Of a stretch of 49,473 nt of DNA, positions 48,003 through 49,473 are shown one piece after another (the stretch's first letter is position 1; every line of letters starts with the position of its first letter). The position numbers were made by a program, and so were the translations under genes. This stretch comes from Candidatus Krumholzibacteriota bacterium. GTDB lineage: Bacteria; Krumholzibacteriota; Krumholzibacteriia; Krumholzibacteriales; Krumholzibacteriaceae. Under the pieces are notes generated by a model. That model saw only the letters and a list, made by a program, of their open reading frames with translations. It was not told the DNA's origin and searched no databases. Where the stretch lies: the NCBI GenBank assembly GCA_016931295.1, contig JAFGEZ010000021.1, positions 1 through 49,473 on the forward strand. Direction: 5' to 3'.

Positions 48003-48718
48003 CCGGCGGCTACCGCGTCCTGCCCCTCCGCTGCGCCCACTGCGGGGCCGAGCTTCCCGTCATGGGGCCGATCGTCGCGTTCCGGTGCGCGAGCTGCAAC
48101 CGGTACTGGCTCCTCGGCCGGAACGGCCTCGAGGCCGCCACCGTCTACCGCGCCCGCGCCGCCGGCGACGATGCGGAGGAGACGCTCTTGCTGCCCTTCT
48201 GGGCCGTCGAGATCGACGCGCCCCGCCTTCGGGCCCTGGCCGGCGGGGCCGTAGCCGACGCCGGCGTGACCGCGCCGGCCGCCGCCGTCGAGCGCCTCCT
48301 CGCGCGGATCGAGGAAGCGGGCCGCTGGTTTGTCTACGTGCCCGCCTTCCACGCTCCCAATCCGAACGCCTGCCTGGCGCTCGGGCGTCTCTTCACACGC
48401 GGCCAGCCCGCCGCGCGCATGGAGAAGGCCGGCGGCGGCGGTCGACCCGTCCTCTGCGCCCTGCGGGCCGACGAGGCCCTCGCCCTCGTCGACTACGTCT
48501 TCCTCGCGCACCTGCCCTCGGCGATCCTCGAGATCGCCCACCTCGCAGGCCGACTCCACGCGGAGCCGGCGGCGGCGCCGTGGCTCGTCGAGTACCCCTT
48601 CGTTTGCCGGGGCCACGACCTCGTGAGCCTCGCCGGCGGATACGTCGTGCCGGTCGCCCTCGTCGCCCCGCCCGGCACGGCCGCTACGGCGCCGATTGCC
48701 GCTCCCGCGGGGAGATGA
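47999..48718 (+). CDS. Zinc-ribbon protein (partner 3).
   Basis: The motif is CAHC-x14-CASC. The start ATGA overlaps the previous stop. Confidence 0.5.
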   Translation: MTGGYRVLPLRCAHCGAELPVMGPIVAFRCASCNRYWLLGRNGLEAATVYRARAAGDDAEETLLLPFWAVEIDAPRLRALAGGAVADAGVTAPAAAVERLLARIEEAGRWFVYVPAFHAPNPNACLALGRLFTRGQPAARMEKAGGGGRPVLCALRADEALALVDYVFLAHLPSAILEIAHLAGRLHAEPAAAPWLVEYPFVCRGHDLVSLAGGYVVPVALVAPPGTAATAPIAAPAGR

Positions 48719-48958
48719 CTGCCGCGGCGCGCCCCCCCGCACGCCGTCTGCGCCTCGACGGCGCCGCGGCACGACCGGGCGGCGCCGGGGCGCGCGGTTG
48801 TGCAGACTTTCGACGACCTTCCCGGCTTCCCGAACCTTCTTGCCCGCCGGGCGCAAACCTGTCATAGTCCCGTCAAGGCCACCGTCGGGAGCATCGACGG
48901 ACACGGAAGATCGACCCGTCCGGCGCCGCCGGACACGAGACACGGGAGGACCATCGTG

Positions 48959-49473
48959 ATGAAGAGAATCGTTGTCACCGCCGCGCTCTGCCTGCTGCTC
49001 GCCGCGCCCGCGGCTGCCCAGTCCGTCCTCGACGACATCGACTGGTCGGTCGACGCGGGCATCGCCATGCCGACCGGCGATTTCGGCAAGGCGGCGAACA
49101 CCGGCTTCTGCTTCGGGGTGAACGGCTTCTGGTCGTACACCGAGCGGCTGCTCTTCGGCGGCCGGATCGCGTACGACCGGTGGGGCGTCGACGAGGACAT
49201 GGGCGGCAGGGGCTGGGACGTCGAGGGGCACTTCTCGGCGATCGAGATCGTCCCCCAGGTGCGCTACCTCTTCACCGACGACGCCACGCAGCGCGCCAAC
49301 TTCTTCGGCCAGGCGGGGATCGGCTTCTACCGCTTCGCGTTCGACCTCGAGTACGACTCCGACCTCACCGACGACACCTGGGACAGCGACGACGCCGAGA
49401 TCGACCTCGGGATCGCCCTCGGCGGCGGCGTGACGATCGACACGGCGGGCGGGCGCTCCTTCGAGATCCGCCC
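48959..49473 (+). CDS. Outer-membrane beta-barrel protein, 3'-truncated by the window edge.
   Basis: The signal peptide is MKRIVVTAALCLLLAAPAAAQS. Beta-strand patterns follow. The RBS GGGAGG is present. There is no stop before position 49473. Confidence 0.5.
   Translation, partial: MKRIVVTAALCLLLAAPAAAQSVLDDIDWSVDAGIAMPTGDFGKAANTGFCFGVNGFWSYTERLLFGGRIAYDRWGVDEDMGGRGWDVEGHFSAIEIVPQVRYLFTDDATQRANFFGQAGIGFYRFAFDLEYDSDLTDDTWDSDDAEIDLGIALGGGVTIDTAGGRSFEIR

Noticed and set aside
1-49473. Search for CRISPR arrays, tRNA or rRNA genes, transposases or integrases, and toxin-antitoxin pairs.
   Set aside because: I saw no direct-repeat/spacer arrays, no cloverleaf-like GC-rich ~75-nt elements in intergenic regions, and no DDE, tyrosine or serine recombinase motifs in any ORF translation.

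Overview
The window is 49.5 kb of high-GC (about 70%) bacterial DNA. It is densely coding, and I found no rRNA, tRNA, CRISPR array or mobile element. The first ~2.4 kb is an exception: a minus-strand FG-GAP/VCBS-repeat secreted-protein gene and an AT-rich spacer of much lower GC. Positions ~2.4-16 kb hold a complete [FeFe]-hydrogenase locus. It carries hydF, an NtrC-type sigma-54 activator gene, and an exact sigma-54 promoter (TGGCAC-N5-TTGCA) upstream of the structural genes. These are a NuoE-like 2Fe-2S subunit, a NuoF-like NAD(P)H/FMN subunit and the HydA catalytic subunit, in the bifurcating HydABC/Hnd arrangement. Immediately downstream in the same orientation come a sensory (HydS-like) H-cluster protein fused to a histidine kinase, a stand-alone receiver, a hybrid receiver/PAS-like/kinase, hydG, and convergent hydE. 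The rest of the window is rich in peptide-catabolism genes: an OPT oligopeptide transporter and S9, M50, M1, C25 and M16 peptidases. Two proteins end in type-IX-secretion C-terminal domains, which points to the FCB (Bacteroidota-related) supergroup. Other coding features are a Tat-exported aldo-keto reductase with an Fe-S tail, kynureninase, a SAM methyltransferase, outer-membrane beta-barrels, a DUF378 protein and a DNRLRE-domain protein. The most unusual feature is a PaaK-type adenylate-forming ligase fused to a PanD-like domain, sitting next to a divergent stand-alone panD; between them the two copies carry a complementary set of the canonical PanD active-site residues. A second exact sigma-54 promoter precedes a four-gene YdjI/SPFH plus zinc-ribbon operon that resembles the Psp membrane-stress module. 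The HydA L1 motif reads TSCSPGW instead of TSCCPxW. All calls come from reading the ORF translations and the DNA; no database search was run.
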